32,000 nt of DNA. Origin: Erysipelotrichaceae bacterium (GTDB lineage Bacteria > Bacillota_I > Bacilli_A > Erysipelotrichales > Coprobacillaceae). Position 1 is the stretch's first letter. Every line of letters starts with the position of its first letter. The notes beneath the pieces were generated by a model that was given only the letters and a program-made list of their open reading frames with translations, was not told where the DNA came from and made no database searches. The stretch lies in assembly GCA_028698185.1 (NCBI GenBank), contig JAQVDW010000012.1, positions 14,667 through 46,666 of the forward strand, in the 5' to 3' direction. Of the stretch, positions 16,058 to 27,722 are shown one piece after another. Both the position numbers and the translations under genes were made by a program.

Positions 16058-17128
16058 ATGGTAAAAAGAATTGGAATTTTAACAAGCGGTGGTGACTGCG
16101 CCGGTCTGAATGCGACCATGCGCGGGGTTGTCCTGGCGGCTGACCAGCTTATGGACTGTGAATTCTATGGGATCCAGAACGGTTTTGAAGGTCTGATGCA
16201 CGGCGAGATTGCTAAGATGGAGGTCAGCGATTTCGCGGATATCCTGGAGCTTGGGGGAACGATTCTCCACTCGCACCGGACTCCTTTTAAAAGAATGCGC
16301 ATAATCGAAGACGGTTTTGACAAAGTAAAGGCGATGATCGACAACTATCAAAAGTTCGAACTGGATTGTCTTGTCTGCCTTGGCGGGGCCGGAACGCACA
16401 AAAATGCGAACATGTTGAAGGGTGAGGGTCTCAACGTCATTGCATTGCCTAAGACAATCGACAATGACATCTTCGGGACCGAACTTTCGTTTGGGTTCTC
16501 GACAGCCGTTGAGATCGCGACTGATGTGATCGACCGGGTCGTTACGACTGCCCGTTCGCATGATAGGGTAATGGTCGTTGAGATAATGGGGAACAAGACC
16601 GGGTGGCTGGCTTTGAATTCCGCAATCGCCACCAAGGCCGATATGGTTTTGATCCCGGAGATCCCTTATGATGAAGAAAAGATTGTCAAATCGATCAGGG
16701 AGATCAAGGATGGCGGCAAAAGATATGCCATTGTGGTGGTTGCCGAAGGAGCCAAGTCAATCGATGAGGCGGCAATGTCCAAAAAGGACTACCTGAAGTT
16801 ATGGGAGACTTATCCGGAAAAAGACGTCGGGGCGCGGATTGTCAACCTGATCACAAAATCGACCGGCCTGGAAGGGCGTCTGGTCAAACCGGGCCATCAG
16901 CTTCGGGGCGGGACTCCCAATTGCGCCGACCGGGTCCTGTCCACCAAAATCGGGGTGTTTGCTGCCCAGCTGATCAAGGATGAAAAATTCGGCAAAGCGG
17001 TATCGATCAGGAAAAACAAGTGCATCGCTTCACCGTTGGAAGATATTGCCGGTAAAACGAAAAAAATCCCCGTTGACGGGGAATTGGTTGCCACAGCACG
17101 CCTGACGGGAATCAAATTTGGTGATTAA
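16058..17128 (+). CDS. pfkA: 6-phosphofructokinase (PfkA family, divergent)
   Basis: MVKRIGILTSGGDCAGLNATMRG, PKTIDNDI, GHQLRGG. Start moved to ATG 16058 (AAGGTGGG SD), removing a 23-aa extension from the track ORF. Confidence 0.88.
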   Translation: MVKRIGILTSGGDCAGLNATMRGVVLAADQLMDCEFYGIQNGFEGLMHGEIAKMEVSDFADILELGGTILHSHRTPFKRMRIIEDGFDKVKAMIDNYQKFELDCLVCLGGAGTHKNANMLKGEGLNVIALPKTIDNDIFGTELSFGFSTAVEIATDVIDRVVTTARSHDRVMVVEIMGNKTGWLALNSAIATKADMVLIPEIPYDEEKIVKSIREIKDGGKRYAIVVVAEGAKSIDEAAMSKKDYLKLWETYPEKDVGARIVNLITKSTGLEGRLVKPGHQLRGGTPNCADRVLSTKIGVFAAQLIKDEKFGKAVSIRKNKCIASPLEDIAGKTKKIPVDGELVATARLTGIKFGD

Positions 17129-17153
17129 GGAGATTTTCAGAAATCTCCTTTTT
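17127..17153. terminator. bidirectional terminator overlapping the last codons of the asnC-type gene
   Basis: AAGGAGATTT-TCAG-AAATCTCCTT followed by TTT. Confidence 0.7.
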
Positions 17154-17589
17154 GCACGTCCAAACCGATCTGGCGTGGCTTGACCGCGGTCGAAAAGACG
17201 ATCTGGGTCATAGTATCGCCAAAACGCTGCAGCTGGCCGATGAAAAGGTCGAGATCCTTGGTCGACTTGAAGGCGACCTTGATGATCATCGCGTAGTCGC
17301 CCGTGACACAACAGCACTCCAATACATTGGGGATCTTCTCGATATAGTCGTAGAATTCCGGTTTCTTTACAGGTTTCATTTCCAAGTGGATATAGGCTTT
17401 GATCGGGTAGCCGACAGTCTCGAGATCCAGATGGGCCTGGATGTCGCGGATATATCCCTTGTCTTTGAGCTTCTCGATCCTCGTGGAAACAGCAGGCGAT
17501 GAAAGGCAGACTTCCTTGGAAAGGTTCTTTAAAGAAATCCGGCCGCGCTTCGCCAGAATCGACAGTATTTTTTTATCTAATTCGTCCAT
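17137..17589 (-). CDS. Lrp/AsnC-family transcriptional regulator
   Basis: MDELDKKILSILAKRGRISLKNLSKEVCLSSPAVSTRIEKLKDKGYI (HTH_AsnC) plus a C-terminal RAM/AsnC_trans_reg-like half. Divergent from aspA. Confidence 0.88.
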   Translation of the reverse strand: MDELDKKILSILAKRGRISLKNLSKEVCLSSPAVSTRIEKLKDKGYIRDIQAHLDLETVGYPIKAYIHLEMKPVKKPEFYDYIEKIPNVLECCCVTGDYAMIIKVAFKSTKDLDLFIGQLQRFGDTMTQIVFSTAVKPRQIGLDVQKGDF

Positions 17590-17805
17590 ATTATCACCTC
17601 TTGAAATGTATTATAGCTAAAAAATTATTAAAATGATAGTTTTTTCTTATTGAAATGGAGTTTTTTTTAAAAATTATCGCAGATAAATTCTTAAATAATA
17701 AAAGCCGGTGATGATTTAAACATCTTTATTTCCGAAATTAACTTGATATCTTAAATGTCCGTATCAGTTGTGTTAAAGTCGCTCTAGAATCAGGAGGGTG
17801 AAATC

Positions 17806-19173
17806 ATGGAAAGATTCGAAACAAATGAAATGGAAAAGACTAGAAAATACTATGGGGACCAGACGAAAATGGCCCAGGCCAACTTCAATATCTCGAAGCG
17901 GATCAATGAAGGCGAAATGATCAGATCGCTCGCGAAGATCAAGCAGGCCTGCGCCATGGCCAATCTCCACGCGGGGACATTGACCACAAGCAAGGCGAAT
18001 GCCATAGTCTATGCTTGTGATGCGATCATCAGGGGCCATTACCATGACCAGTTTGTGGTTGATCCGATCCAGGGTGGGGCGGGGACTTCGGCGAACATGA
18101 ATGCCAATGAGGTGATCGCCAATATTGCCCAGGAATACCTCGACAGACAGAAAGTAAGTCAGCGGGTCCATCCCAACGACGATGTGAACCTGGCCCAGTC
18201 AACCAATGATGTCTATCCCAGCGCCGGGAAACTGACAATCATGGTGTTGATGGAGGGTCTGGTTGAACAGCTGCGCCTGCTCGAAGATGATCTGGGAGTA
18301 AAAAAGGAGGAGTTCAGGGATGTCTACAAGGTCGGACGGACCCAGCTGCAGGATGCCGTGGTGATGAGCCTGGGCCAAAGCTTCCAGGCCTACCGGACCA
18401 TGATCAGCCGTGATATCCGCCGCATCAACCAGGCGACCGGAGCAATGAAGACGCTCAATCTTGGAGCGACCGCAATCGGCTCGTCAATCAACACCAGCCC
18501 GGAATACCTAAAGAGTGTTGTCGGTTTCCTGTCGATGGTGACCGGCTTCGAATTGATCCAGGCCGACGATCTGTTCGATGCCACTTCCAATATCGATAGC
18601 TTTGGCGATGTCTCTTCAAGTCTGAAAAACCTGGCGGTCAACCTCAACAAGATGGCCAACGACCTGCGCCTGCTTGCCAGCGGGCCACGCACCGGGTTTA
18701 ATGAAATCACCCTGCCTTACAAACAGAACGGCTCTTCGATCATGCCCGGGAAAGTCAATCCGGTCATACTTGAGGTGGTCAACCAGGTCGCCTTTCTGGT
18801 CATGGGCAACGACCTTACGGTTTCGCTGGCTTGCCAGAATGGCCAGCTTGAGCTCAACGCCTTCGAACCGGTCGCCTTCTCGTGTCTTTTCGAGTCGATC
18901 ACGACCCTGACCCAGGCCATCAGGACCTTGCGGGTCAATTGCATCCAGGGCATCAAGGCGAACAGGAAGGCCTGCTTGGCCTATCTAGACAACAGCATCT
19001 GGCAGGTTACGCCCCTGGCCCAGGGTATCGGTTATGACCTAGCGGCTTCTCTGGCCAAAGAGGCGCTCCATGAGGATGAACAAGTGAAAAAACTGGCGCT
19101 TAATAAAGGTCTGCTTTCATCTGATGAGTATGATGCGCTGATTGATTACCAAAGACTTTCGGGTATGCGCTAG
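17806..19173 (+). CDS. aspA: aspartate ammonia-lyase (class II fumarase/aspartase superfamily)
   Basis: GSSIMPGKVNP signature. GRTQLQDAV is aspartase-like (fumarase has HLMDA). AGGAGGG SD. Adjacent to an AsnC-type regulator. Confidence 0.82.
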   Translation: MERFETNEMEKTRKYYGDQTKMAQANFNISKRINEGEMIRSLAKIKQACAMANLHAGTLTTSKANAIVYACDAIIRGHYHDQFVVDPIQGGAGTSANMNANEVIANIAQEYLDRQKVSQRVHPNDDVNLAQSTNDVYPSAGKLTIMVLMEGLVEQLRLLEDDLGVKKEEFRDVYKVGRTQLQDAVVMSLGQSFQAYRTMISRDIRRINQATGAMKTLNLGATAIGSSINTSPEYLKSVVGFLSMVTGFELIQADDLFDATSNIDSFGDVSSSLKNLAVNLNKMANDLRLLASGPRTGFNEITLPYKQNGSSIMPGKVNPVILEVVNQVAFLVMGNDLTVSLACQNGQLELNAFEPVAFSCLFESITTLTQAIRTLRVNCIQGIKANRKACLAYLDNSIWQVTPLAQGIGYDLAASLAKEALHEDEQVKKLALNKGLLSSDEYDALIDYQRLSGMR

Positions 19174-19293
19174 CTGCCTGTTTGATTCCAAGGAACATAT
19201 GATGTGAAAAATGGTTACACTTTTCAATGATTAATGCTAGAATGGAGTAAAGAAATACATTCAGCTTATTTTAGCTGGGAAAAGAGGTTTGCC

Positions 19294-19980
19294 ATGAATC
19301 GGAATTTTGATCGCATCTTTTGGGGCTGGTTGCTTGTTTTAGGTGGGGTGCTGGTGTTATTGAGCCGCTACACCGGATTTGAGGACCTCAACCTGTTCTG
19401 GCTTGTTTTAAGTGTGTTCCTGGTGGCCGCCCTGTTCAAGAGCCTTTTTGTCCTTGATTTCACCGGGATATTGTTTCCGCTGGCCTTCCTAGTAATCATA
19501 TATGACGATTATTTGAATCTTACAGCCATCACTCCCTGGCCGGTGCTTTTGGCGGCACTGTTGGGAAGCATCGGATTGAACATGATTTTCCCGAAATCGA
19601 AGATCCGGCAGAAATTCGGGCAGTCCCAAGATTGGTCGCAACCGGACCATGCCAGCGAAATATATCTAAAAGCTTCCTTCAATTCCAGCGTCAAGACAAT
19701 AAGCGCTCCGGACTTCCAAGGGGCGCAGATCGAATGCAGTTTCGCTTCGTTGAAAATCCATTTTGACCAGGCCAGGATCCAGACCAGCCCGGCTGTGATC
19801 GAAGTCGACGTGTCATTTGGCGGGGTCGAACTATACCTGCCCAAAGCATGGCATGTTATCGACAAGACGGTCTGCACCTTCGGGGCGGTCGAACAGAAGA
19901 ATCGCAGCGATTCGACCTATCCCGAAGTTGTTCTTGAAGGCCGCGTGTCATTTGGTGGAATCGAGATAATCTATGTCTAG
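19294..19980 (+). CDS. LiaF-like membrane protein (4 TM + C-terminal beta domain; cell-wall-active-antibiotic response family)
   Basis: MNRNFDRIFWGWLLVLGGVLVLL.. is followed by three more TM helices. The C-terminus carries repeated VSFGGVELYLP / VSFGGIEIIYV strands. Start at ATG 19294 (AAGAGG SD), because the track start at 19234 overlaps a TGcTAGAAT -10-like element. Confidence 0.55.
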   Translation: MNRNFDRIFWGWLLVLGGVLVLLSRYTGFEDLNLFWLVLSVFLVAALFKSLFVLDFTGILFPLAFLVIIYDDYLNLTAITPWPVLLAALLGSIGLNMIFPKSKIRQKFGQSQDWSQPDHASEIYLKASFNSSVKTISAPDFQGAQIECSFASLKIHFDQARIQTSPAVIEVDVSFGGVELYLPKAWHVIDKTVCTFGAVEQKNRSDSTYPEVVLEGRVSFGGIEIIYV

Positions 19981-19992
19981 GAGGATTGGAAA

Positions 19993-20457
19993 ATGGTGAA
20001 AAAAACGGCAAATGAAAAGCTCAATGACAGCAGGGATATGCCTAAAATCGCAATCCTGGAAGATCCAAAGGCAATCGGGCGCTATGGTGGCAACCGGCTT
20101 TTGATTGCCCCGCCACTTGATTACGATGAGTTGATGAAACAGGTGCCACAGGGCCTTCTTACAACAAGCGACCGGATCCGGGATCATCTTGCCCGCAGAT
20201 ACAAGGCGGATGCGACTTGCCCATTGACCGCTGGGATATTCATCAATATCGTCGCCCAGGCGTCATTCGAACGCGACGGCTTGGTGACTCCGTATTGGCG
20301 TACATTGAAAAAAGACGGAGAGATCAACGAAAAATTCCCTGGCGGGCTAGAGGAACAACGGCTTCAACTCGAGGGCGAAGGTCATAGAATTGTCAAAAAG
20401 GGATCTCGGTACTTTGTGGCGGATTACCAGAACCATCTTTTCGATTTCAAGGACTGA
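19993..20457 (+). CDS. MGMT/ATL-like DNA-binding-domain family protein (uncertain)
   Basis: AGGAGGA SD. ..VPQGLLTTSDRIRDHLA..TPYWRTLKKDGEINEKFPGG..Q..LEGEGH.. resembles the winged-helix of MGMT-family proteins, but I see no PCHR active-site Cys motif. Confidence 0.45.
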   Translation: MVKKTANEKLNDSRDMPKIAILEDPKAIGRYGGNRLLIAPPLDYDELMKQVPQGLLTTSDRIRDHLARRYKADATCPLTAGIFINIVAQASFERDGLVTPYWRTLKKDGEINEKFPGGLEEQRLQLEGEGHRIVKKGSRYFVADYQNHLFDFKD

Positions 20458-20495
20458 CAAGAACATCGATTGGTGGTTCGTCAAATATGGTTGGT

Positions 20496-20528
20496 AAAAA
20501 AAAACACGGTAATGGCCGTGTTTTTTTG
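20496..20528 (+). terminator. Rho-independent terminator
   Basis: AAAAACACGG-TAATGG-CCGTGTTTTT followed by TT. Confidence 0.8.
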
Positions 20529-20621
20529 CGGTCAGAAGCATGAAAGGCTATGCGTGAAAAATCACGGCCACTGGAACAAATTATAATGATGGCGTCATGA
20601 TTCCTGAATCGCTCCATAACC

Positions 20622-20650
20622 TTGTCACGGGTGGTGGAAGCGGTTATTAT
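20622..20650 (+). promoter_or_regulatory. promoter of the alpha-glucoside PTS operon
   Basis: TTGTCA, 17-nt spacer, TATTAT. Confidence 0.55.
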
Positions 20651-20685
20651 ATGCATGTAAACTTTTTGAAAAGGAGAGAAATTTG

Positions 20686-22239
20686 ATGATGGAAAAGATT
20701 CAAAGATTTGGTGGGGCAATGTTTACGCCAGTGCTGTTGTTCGCTTTTGCGGGTATAATCATCGGCATTGGAACCTTATTCACGACCCCGGCAATCGTCG
20801 GTCACCTGGCCGACCAAACGGGTTTATGGTTTCAGATTTGGAATGTGGTTTTATCTGGGGGCTGGACGGTATTCAACCAGCTGCCGCTATTGTTTGTGGT
20901 AGGTCTGCCAATCGGCTTGGCCAAGAAGCAACAGGGCCGGGCTTGCATGGAAGCGTTGGTGCTGTATCTTACTTTCCAATATTTTTTAAGCACAATCCTG
21001 AGCCAATGGGGAATGGCTTTTGGGGTTGACTTCAGCCTCGATGTCGGAGGAATCAGCGGGCTGACGACCATCGCAAGCATCAAAACGCTCGACATGGGGA
21101 TGGTCGGAGCCTTGTTGATTTCCGGGATTGTCATCTTCTTGCATAACCGTTTCTTCGAAGTGGAATTGCCTGAATGGCTCGGAACCTTCTCCGGTTCGAC
21201 ATTCATCGTGATGATCGGGTTCTTCGCACTGATTCCGGTTGCATTCCTGTCAGCCTGGCTGTGGCCAATGGTGCAGATGGGAATGCGCTCGTTCCAGCTG
21301 CTTATCGCAAATGCCGGAATCATCGGTGTCTGGGTCTTCGTCTTTATGGAAAGGATTTTGATTCCTTTCGGTCTGCATCACTTGTTGTATTTCCCGTTTT
21401 TCTATGATTCGGTTGTCGTTACCGGGGGCATCTATTCCACTTGGGCGAACAATCTGCCGGCTTTGGCTGGAAGCAGTGCTCCTTTAAAAGCGCTGGCTCC
21501 TTATGCCTGGCCGACTCTGACCGGCCTTTCTAAGGTGTTTGGATGTCCGGGAATAGCTCTTGCTTTCTATGTGACCGCCAAACAAAGCAAGAAAAAGGAA
21601 ATCGCCGGTCTGCTTATACCGATCACCCTGACTGCGATCGTGGCGGGGATCACCGAACCGATCGAATTCACCTTCCTGTTTGTCGCTCCGATGCTTTTTG
21701 TGGTGCATGCCATCCTGGCAGCGACTTTGGCGATGGTTGCCAATGCGTTGGGTGTTGTCGGTGTCCTCTCGGGTGGTTTGATTGAGATGTCAGCCTTGAA
21801 CTTCATCCCTTTGATGAAAAGCCACTGGCCGACTTATCTTACATTGCTTCTGGTCGGACTTGTATTCACGGGAATCTATTTTGTGGTGTTCAGGACCCTT
21901 ATCTTGAAGCTGGATCTGGCCACACCTGGCCGTGAGGCGGATGAACAGGATATCAGGTTCAACACGAAAGCGGAATACCGCGCCAAATTGAACAGCACCG
22001 AAAAGTCGCTTAGCCACAAGGTGCTCGAAGCTTTGGGTGGCAGGGAAAACATTGTCGATGTGACCAACTGTGCGACCCGGCTGAGAGTAAATGTCGTCGA
22101 TGCGAGTCTGGTCCAGGATGACAGTTATTTCAAGTCAATCGGAACCCATGGCATCAAGGTGACCAAAAACAGCGTCCAGGTCATCATCGGATTGAAAGTT
22201 CCGACTGTCCGGGAAGAATTTGAAATTTTATTGAAATAG
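20686..22239 (+). CDS. PTS EIICB component, glucose-family alpha-glucoside/maltose type (GlvC/MalX-like)
   Basis: EIIC N-terminal segment (MEKIQRFGGAMFTPVLLF..) with many TM helices. C-terminal EIIB with phosphorylatable Cys in VTNCATRLRV. AAGGAGAG SD. Same operon as a GH4 6-phospho-alpha-glucosidase. Confidence 0.9.
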   Translation: MMEKIQRFGGAMFTPVLLFAFAGIIIGIGTLFTTPAIVGHLADQTGLWFQIWNVVLSGGWTVFNQLPLLFVVGLPIGLAKKQQGRACMEALVLYLTFQYFLSTILSQWGMAFGVDFSLDVGGISGLTTIASIKTLDMGMVGALLISGIVIFLHNRFFEVELPEWLGTFSGSTFIVMIGFFALIPVAFLSAWLWPMVQMGMRSFQLLIANAGIIGVWVFVFMERILIPFGLHHLLYFPFFYDSVVVTGGIYSTWANNLPALAGSSAPLKALAPYAWPTLTGLSKVFGCPGIALAFYVTAKQSKKKEIAGLLIPITLTAIVAGITEPIEFTFLFVAPMLFVVHAILAATLAMVANALGVVGVLSGGLIEMSALNFIPLMKSHWPTYLTLLLVGLVFTGIYFVVFRTLILKLDLATPGREADEQDIRFNTKAEYRAKLNSTEKSLSHKVLEALGGRENIVDVTNCATRLRVNVVDASLVQDDSYFKSIGTHGIKVTKNSVQVIIGLKVPTVREEFEILLK

Positions 22240-22248
22240 GAGATCGAT

Positions 22249-24086
<1,838 letters not shown>

Positions 24087-24091
24087 GCATT

Positions 24092-24127
24092 AAAAATTCC
24101 AAATCATCATTGATTTGGAATTTTTTT
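24092..24127. terminator. bidirectional terminator
   Basis: AAAAATTCCAAATCA-TCAT-TGATTTGGAATTTTT followed by TT. Confidence 0.85.
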
Positions 24128-24132
24128 GGTTT

Positions 24133-24888
24133 TCATTGCGATAGGCTGCTTACGTATTCGATGTATCTAAGATAAATGAAATACTCGATCAAAAACAAGT
24201 GGGTCGCACAATAGCCGGATTGGCTGGATGAAAACTGATAAGGGGTCGAATTGAAGCCTACATAATGTGTGCAGTACTTGGACAGGGGATTGCCGTTGTC
24301 AATGGCGATTCCGATCGACTTCAAGTCAAGGCGGTTGAGCAGCTTGGCCAAGGTGATCGCACTGGCGTTGTTGCCGCTAAATGAGATGATGACAAACAGG
24401 TCGTTGGGCTTGATTGTTTTGAGAATCGAATCGAGCTCGGAGCCCCCGTCGATAACGTTCATCAGCTTGTTCTTGAAGGTGAAATCTTTTTTGAACTCCT
24501 GGGCGACATGGGTCTGGACGTCTCCGGTCGGGTAGATGTGGATCCGATCGGCCTGGTGAATGTCTTTGACTGTCGCCATAAGATCGAGGCCAACAAGATT
24601 GTCGATTGTGGACTTCAATTCGGCGGCGATGTTGGGAATGGTGTTATGGCTGAAGCTGCCGGTCTGGTCCTGCCACTTTAACAGGACTTTGAGTTCGCTG
24701 TAACCGGCAAGGCCGATCTTCTTGGTCAGCCTCAGGATCGACGTTGTGGAAACGTTGCATTCTTTGGCCAGCTGCTGGATTGACATTGCCAGACATTCCT
24801 TCTGGTGATGGTTGATGTACTGCCAGATGTACAGGTCGATTTCATTTAGCTGGTCGAAGTTTTTATATATGAGTTCCTGTAGATTCAT
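24133..24888 (-). CDS. MurR/RpiR-family regulator (tandem paralogue A, 251 aa)
   Basis: HTH_6-like ..SIQQLAKECNVSTTSILRLTKKIGLAGYSELK.. plus a SIS domain. Starts 1 nt after the stop of paralogue B. Confidence 0.85.
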   Translation of the reverse strand: MNLQELIYKNFDQLNEIDLYIWQYINHHQKECLAMSIQQLAKECNVSTTSILRLTKKIGLAGYSELKVLLKWQDQTGSFSHNTIPNIAAELKSTIDNLVGLDLMATVKDIHQADRIHIYPTGDVQTHVAQEFKKDFTFKNKLMNVIDGGSELDSILKTIKPNDLFVIISFSGNNASAITLAKLLNRLDLKSIGIAIDNGNPLSKYCTHYVGFNSTPYQFSSSQSGYCATHLFLIEYFIYLRYIEYVSSLSQ

Positions 24889-24889
24889 T

Positions 24890-25645
24890 TCACTGCCCTC
24901 GCTTCTGGATGTGATCTAGATATTTGATGGTCAGAAAATCGATCAGGATAAAGGAGTTCACCATTCCATCATGCCGGATGCCGTTGGCGTAAGTGGCTAC
25001 TGGTACTTCGACAATCAAAGCTTCGTCGCAGATCTGGTTTAGCTGATTGTTTTTCGAACAGGTTATGGCGACCATATAGACCCCTTTTGTCTTGAGTTTC
25101 TTGGCAAACTCGATGATTTTCTCGTTTTCGCCCGAATAAGATACCATGAAGATAAAATCATCGGACGTGATGACCTGTTCATAGACTGAAATCTCCTCGA
25201 ACAGTTTGATTTGGTAGATGAATTTTCCTAGACCCACGAAGGTCCGTTTCAACTCGCTAGTGACGCTTGACTGGATGCTGCCTGTAGAACAGGCGTAAAT
25301 TTCAACACTGGAGTTTAAGCGTTCAAGCAGTGGTGCGAAATCCTTTTCCATCAGGTAACCCATATAATCCTTATAGCAGGAATAGAATGTGTCCAGGTTG
25401 TCACTTTTTGTTTTCACTCCCTGGTTGTCAAGCTGGAGATAGGCCTTGAACTGGGAAAATCCTTGGAGTCCGAGCCGTTTGGTGAAACGCAGGATTGTCG
25501 TCCTCGAAACGTTGCATTTCAAGGCAAGGTCATTGATGGATATGGTTTCGCATTCCTTCTTGTGTTTGCCTACATAATCCCAGATATGGTAATCGTTATC
25601 GTTAAGGTAATTACTGTTTTTGTTCATCAGTTCATCAAGGTACAT
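24890..25645 (-). CDS. MurR/RpiR-family regulator (tandem paralogue B, 251 aa)
   Basis: ..SINDLALKCNVSRTTILRFTKRLGLQGFSQFK.. plus a SIS domain. AGAGGAG SD. Upstream TTGTCA / TGgTATAAT promoter-like elements at ~25672-25702. Confidence 0.85.
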   Translation of the reverse strand: MYLDELMNKNSNYLNDNDYHIWDYVGKHKKECETISINDLALKCNVSRTTILRFTKRLGLQGFSQFKAYLQLDNQGVKTKSDNLDTFYSCYKDYMGYLMEKDFAPLLERLNSSVEIYACSTGSIQSSVTSELKRTFVGLGKFIYQIKLFEEISVYEQVITSDDFIFMVSYSGENEKIIEFAKKLKTKGVYMVAITCSKNNQLNQICDEALIVEVPVATYANGIRHDGMVNSFILIDFLTIKYLDHIQKRGQ

Positions 25646-25799
25646 AACAAACTCCTCTCTTGGCTTATTAAATTATACCAAATAATCCCCTTTGACAATA
25701 TCCTTTTTCGGCAATTAACCTGCGATATTGGCGGGTCTTGGGTTCCTGATGCCCATTTCAGGGCATTTAAGAGTCATCATGTTTGCTTGAGGCGTATAG

Positions 25800-25838
25800 A
25801 AAGAAAAGTCAGCTATGAGAAACCGTCTCAAGCTGACT
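25800..25838 (-). terminator. groEL terminator
   Basis: Minus strand: AGTCAGCT-TGAGA-CGGTT-TCTCA-T-AGCTGACT followed by TTTTCTT. Confidence 0.75.
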
Positions 25839-25860
25839 GATCGTTGATACTGGGTAAGAC

Positions 25861-27399
25861 TTATTGATCTTTTTGAGCCGAAGTTATCGCTACTCCGGTT
25901 TGGAGAATCAGTGATGCGATACTTGCGGCGTTTTCCAAAGCGACCCGGACATTTTTTAATGGGTCAATGATACCGTGGCTGCTCAAGTCCTTGAATGTGT
26001 TGTCATATGCGTCAAAGCCGATCTGATAGTGGCTGTTTTGTACTTGCAACAGGGCGATATCGGGATTTTCATCAGCATTTAGCACGATTTGCCGGAACGG
26101 CTGAGTGATTGCTTTGGCAATTATCTGACTGCCGACTTTTTCGTCATCATTTTCAAATTCCATCTCTATCTTGTCCATCGCTTGAAGAAGGGCGATTCCA
26201 CCCCCGGGAACCACACCTTCATCCATGGCGGCCTTCGTAGCTTGCAAGGCATCTTCAATCCGGCTCTGGATTTCCTTGGCTTCACTTTGCGTGCTTGCAC
26301 CTACTTTGATCACGCCTACGCCACCAAGCAATTTTGCGATGCGCTTTTTGTCCTCGTCTTTGTCCCGGTCGATTTTTGCGATATATTCATCGATGTTTTC
26401 GGGCTTGTCATTGATTATTATGGTCTGATTCTTGGCAACTTCGATTTTGGTCGCTTGGCCAAGTTCTTCCAGACTCATTTCTTTGATTTCTTCAAGATTG
26501 TCGATAACCTTTGTATTGGTCAAAAAGGCAATATCTTTGAGTTGGTTGGTGCGATTTTCTCCGAATCCGTTGGCCTTGATCAGTGAAACATTCAATAGAC
26601 CCCGCATTTTGTTTACTATTATTGCCGAAATTAGGTCCTCATTATAGTCATCCCCTATGATGACCAGCTCTTTTCCGGTTTTCAATACCTGCTCGAGGAT
26701 GTTGATAATGTCGTTGATGTGGGATATTTTCTTATTTACAATTAGGACATATGGATTCTCGAAGAAGGTTTTGGCATCCTTGTTTTCGCTGCCAAAATAT
26801 GGTGATGCGAAGCCGCTATCAATATAGTACCCCGTAACTATGTCTATTGTTGTTTCAAAAGATTTACCTTCTTCCACACTGATGACCCCGTTTTTGGTCA
26901 CTTTCTCCATTGCTTCGCCGATTAGAGCCCCGATCGAATCATCTTTGGCACTGACAGCTGCAATGTTTCTGATATCTTCATAGGTTTCAATTGGTTTGGC
27001 GATCTGTTTCAACTGGTCAACCAGCGACTGAGTTGTCTTTTCAATTCCGCTTTTGATGAATCTTGGATTGATACCGTTGTTCACATATTTAAGACCTTGA
27101 TTCAAAATCGACTGAGTCAGTATGGTTGCGGTTGTAGTTCCGTCGCCTGACAGTTCTTCCGTTTTGGAAGACACCTCTTTGATAAGTTTGGCCCCCATAT
27201 TTTCGAATTTGTCTTTCAAATCAATGTTCCGGGCAATGGATACTCCATCGTTGGTAACGATAGGAGAACCATAATCCTGGTCGATAATCACATATTTGCC
27301 TTTTGGGCCCAGGGTCTGTTTGACCGCATCGGCCAATTTGTTGACTCCCGTTTGAAGTTTCAATCTTGCTTGATCATCATATAAGATTTCTTTTGCCAT
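25861..27399 (-). CDS. groL: chaperonin GroEL (short, 512 aa, no Gly-Met tail)
   Basis: [37 protein letters not shown].., [45 protein letters not shown]. Confidence 0.95.
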   Translation of the reverse strand: MAKEILYDDQARLKLQTGVNKLADAVKQTLGPKGKYVIIDQDYGSPIVTNDGVSIARNIDLKDKFENMGAKLIKEVSSKTEELSGDGTTTATILTQSILNQGLKYVNNGINPRFIKSGIEKTTQSLVDQLKQIAKPIETYEDIRNIAAVSAKDDSIGALIGEAMEKVTKNGVISVEEGKSFETTIDIVTGYYIDSGFASPYFGSENKDAKTFFENPYVLIVNKKISHINDIINILEQVLKTGKELVIIGDDYNEDLISAIIVNKMRGLLNVSLIKANGFGENRTNQLKDIAFLTNTKVIDNLEEIKEMSLEELGQATKIEVAKNQTIIINDKPENIDEYIAKIDRDKDEDKKRIAKLLGGVGVIKVGASTQSEAKEIQSRIEDALQATKAAMDEGVVPGGGIALLQAMDKIEMEFENDDEKVGSQIIAKAITQPFRQIVLNADENPDIALLQVQNSHYQIGFDAYDNTFKDLSSHGIIDPLKNVRVALENAASIASLILQTGVAITSAQKDQ

Positions 27400-27410
27400 A
27401 TAAGCACCTC

Positions 27411-27668
27411 CTAGATAATTTTCCCAAGAATATTCTCTTCCTTGATGAGCAGGTATTCTTTGTTTTCATATTCGATTTTAGTTGTCTTGTAACTTTCAAA
27501 GATTACCTTGTCACCTTTAACGATTTCCTTGACATCATTTCCTATGGCGATTACTGCAGCGATGTTTTTTTCGTCCTTGCTTTCGCTGCTTAGAATGATG
27601 CCCGACTTACTTACATTTTCAACCTGGATTTTCTCTAATAGTATATTGTCTTTTACTGGTTGAATCAC
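27411..27668 (-). CDS. groES: co-chaperonin GroES (85 aa from a GTG start)
   Basis: (M)IQPVKDNILLEKIQVENVSKSGIILSSESKDEKNIAAVIAIGNDV..GDKVIFESYKTTKIEYENKEYLLIKEENILGKII. GTG at the complement of 27666-27668 has AGAGGAG about 8 nt upstream. The track's ATG 27698 lies inside the CIRCE operator. Confidence 0.85.
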   Translation of the reverse strand: MIQPVKDNILLEKIQVENVSKSGIILSSESKDEKNIAAVIAIGNDVKEIVKGDKVIFESYKTTKIEYENKEYLLIKEENILGKII

Positions 27669-27691
27669 TGTTTTCACTCCTCTCATCGAAA

Positions 27692-27718
27692 TTGGCACTC
27701 ATCGGACCTAAGTGCCAA
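27692..27718 (-). promoter_or_regulatory. CIRCE (HrcA operator) variant
   Basis: Minus strand TTGGCACTT-N9-GAGTGCCAA versus consensus TTAGCACTC-N9-GAGTGCTAA. Positioned between the -10 and the groES SD. Confidence 0.85.
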
Positions 27719-27722
27719 AAAT

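Noticed and set aside
27669-27698. ATG 27698 as the GroES start (track ORF of 95 aa).
   Set aside because: That ATG lies inside the CIRCE inverted repeat and has no SD. GTG at 27668 has AGAGGAG upstream and gives the canonical IQPV(K)D.. GroES N-terminus.
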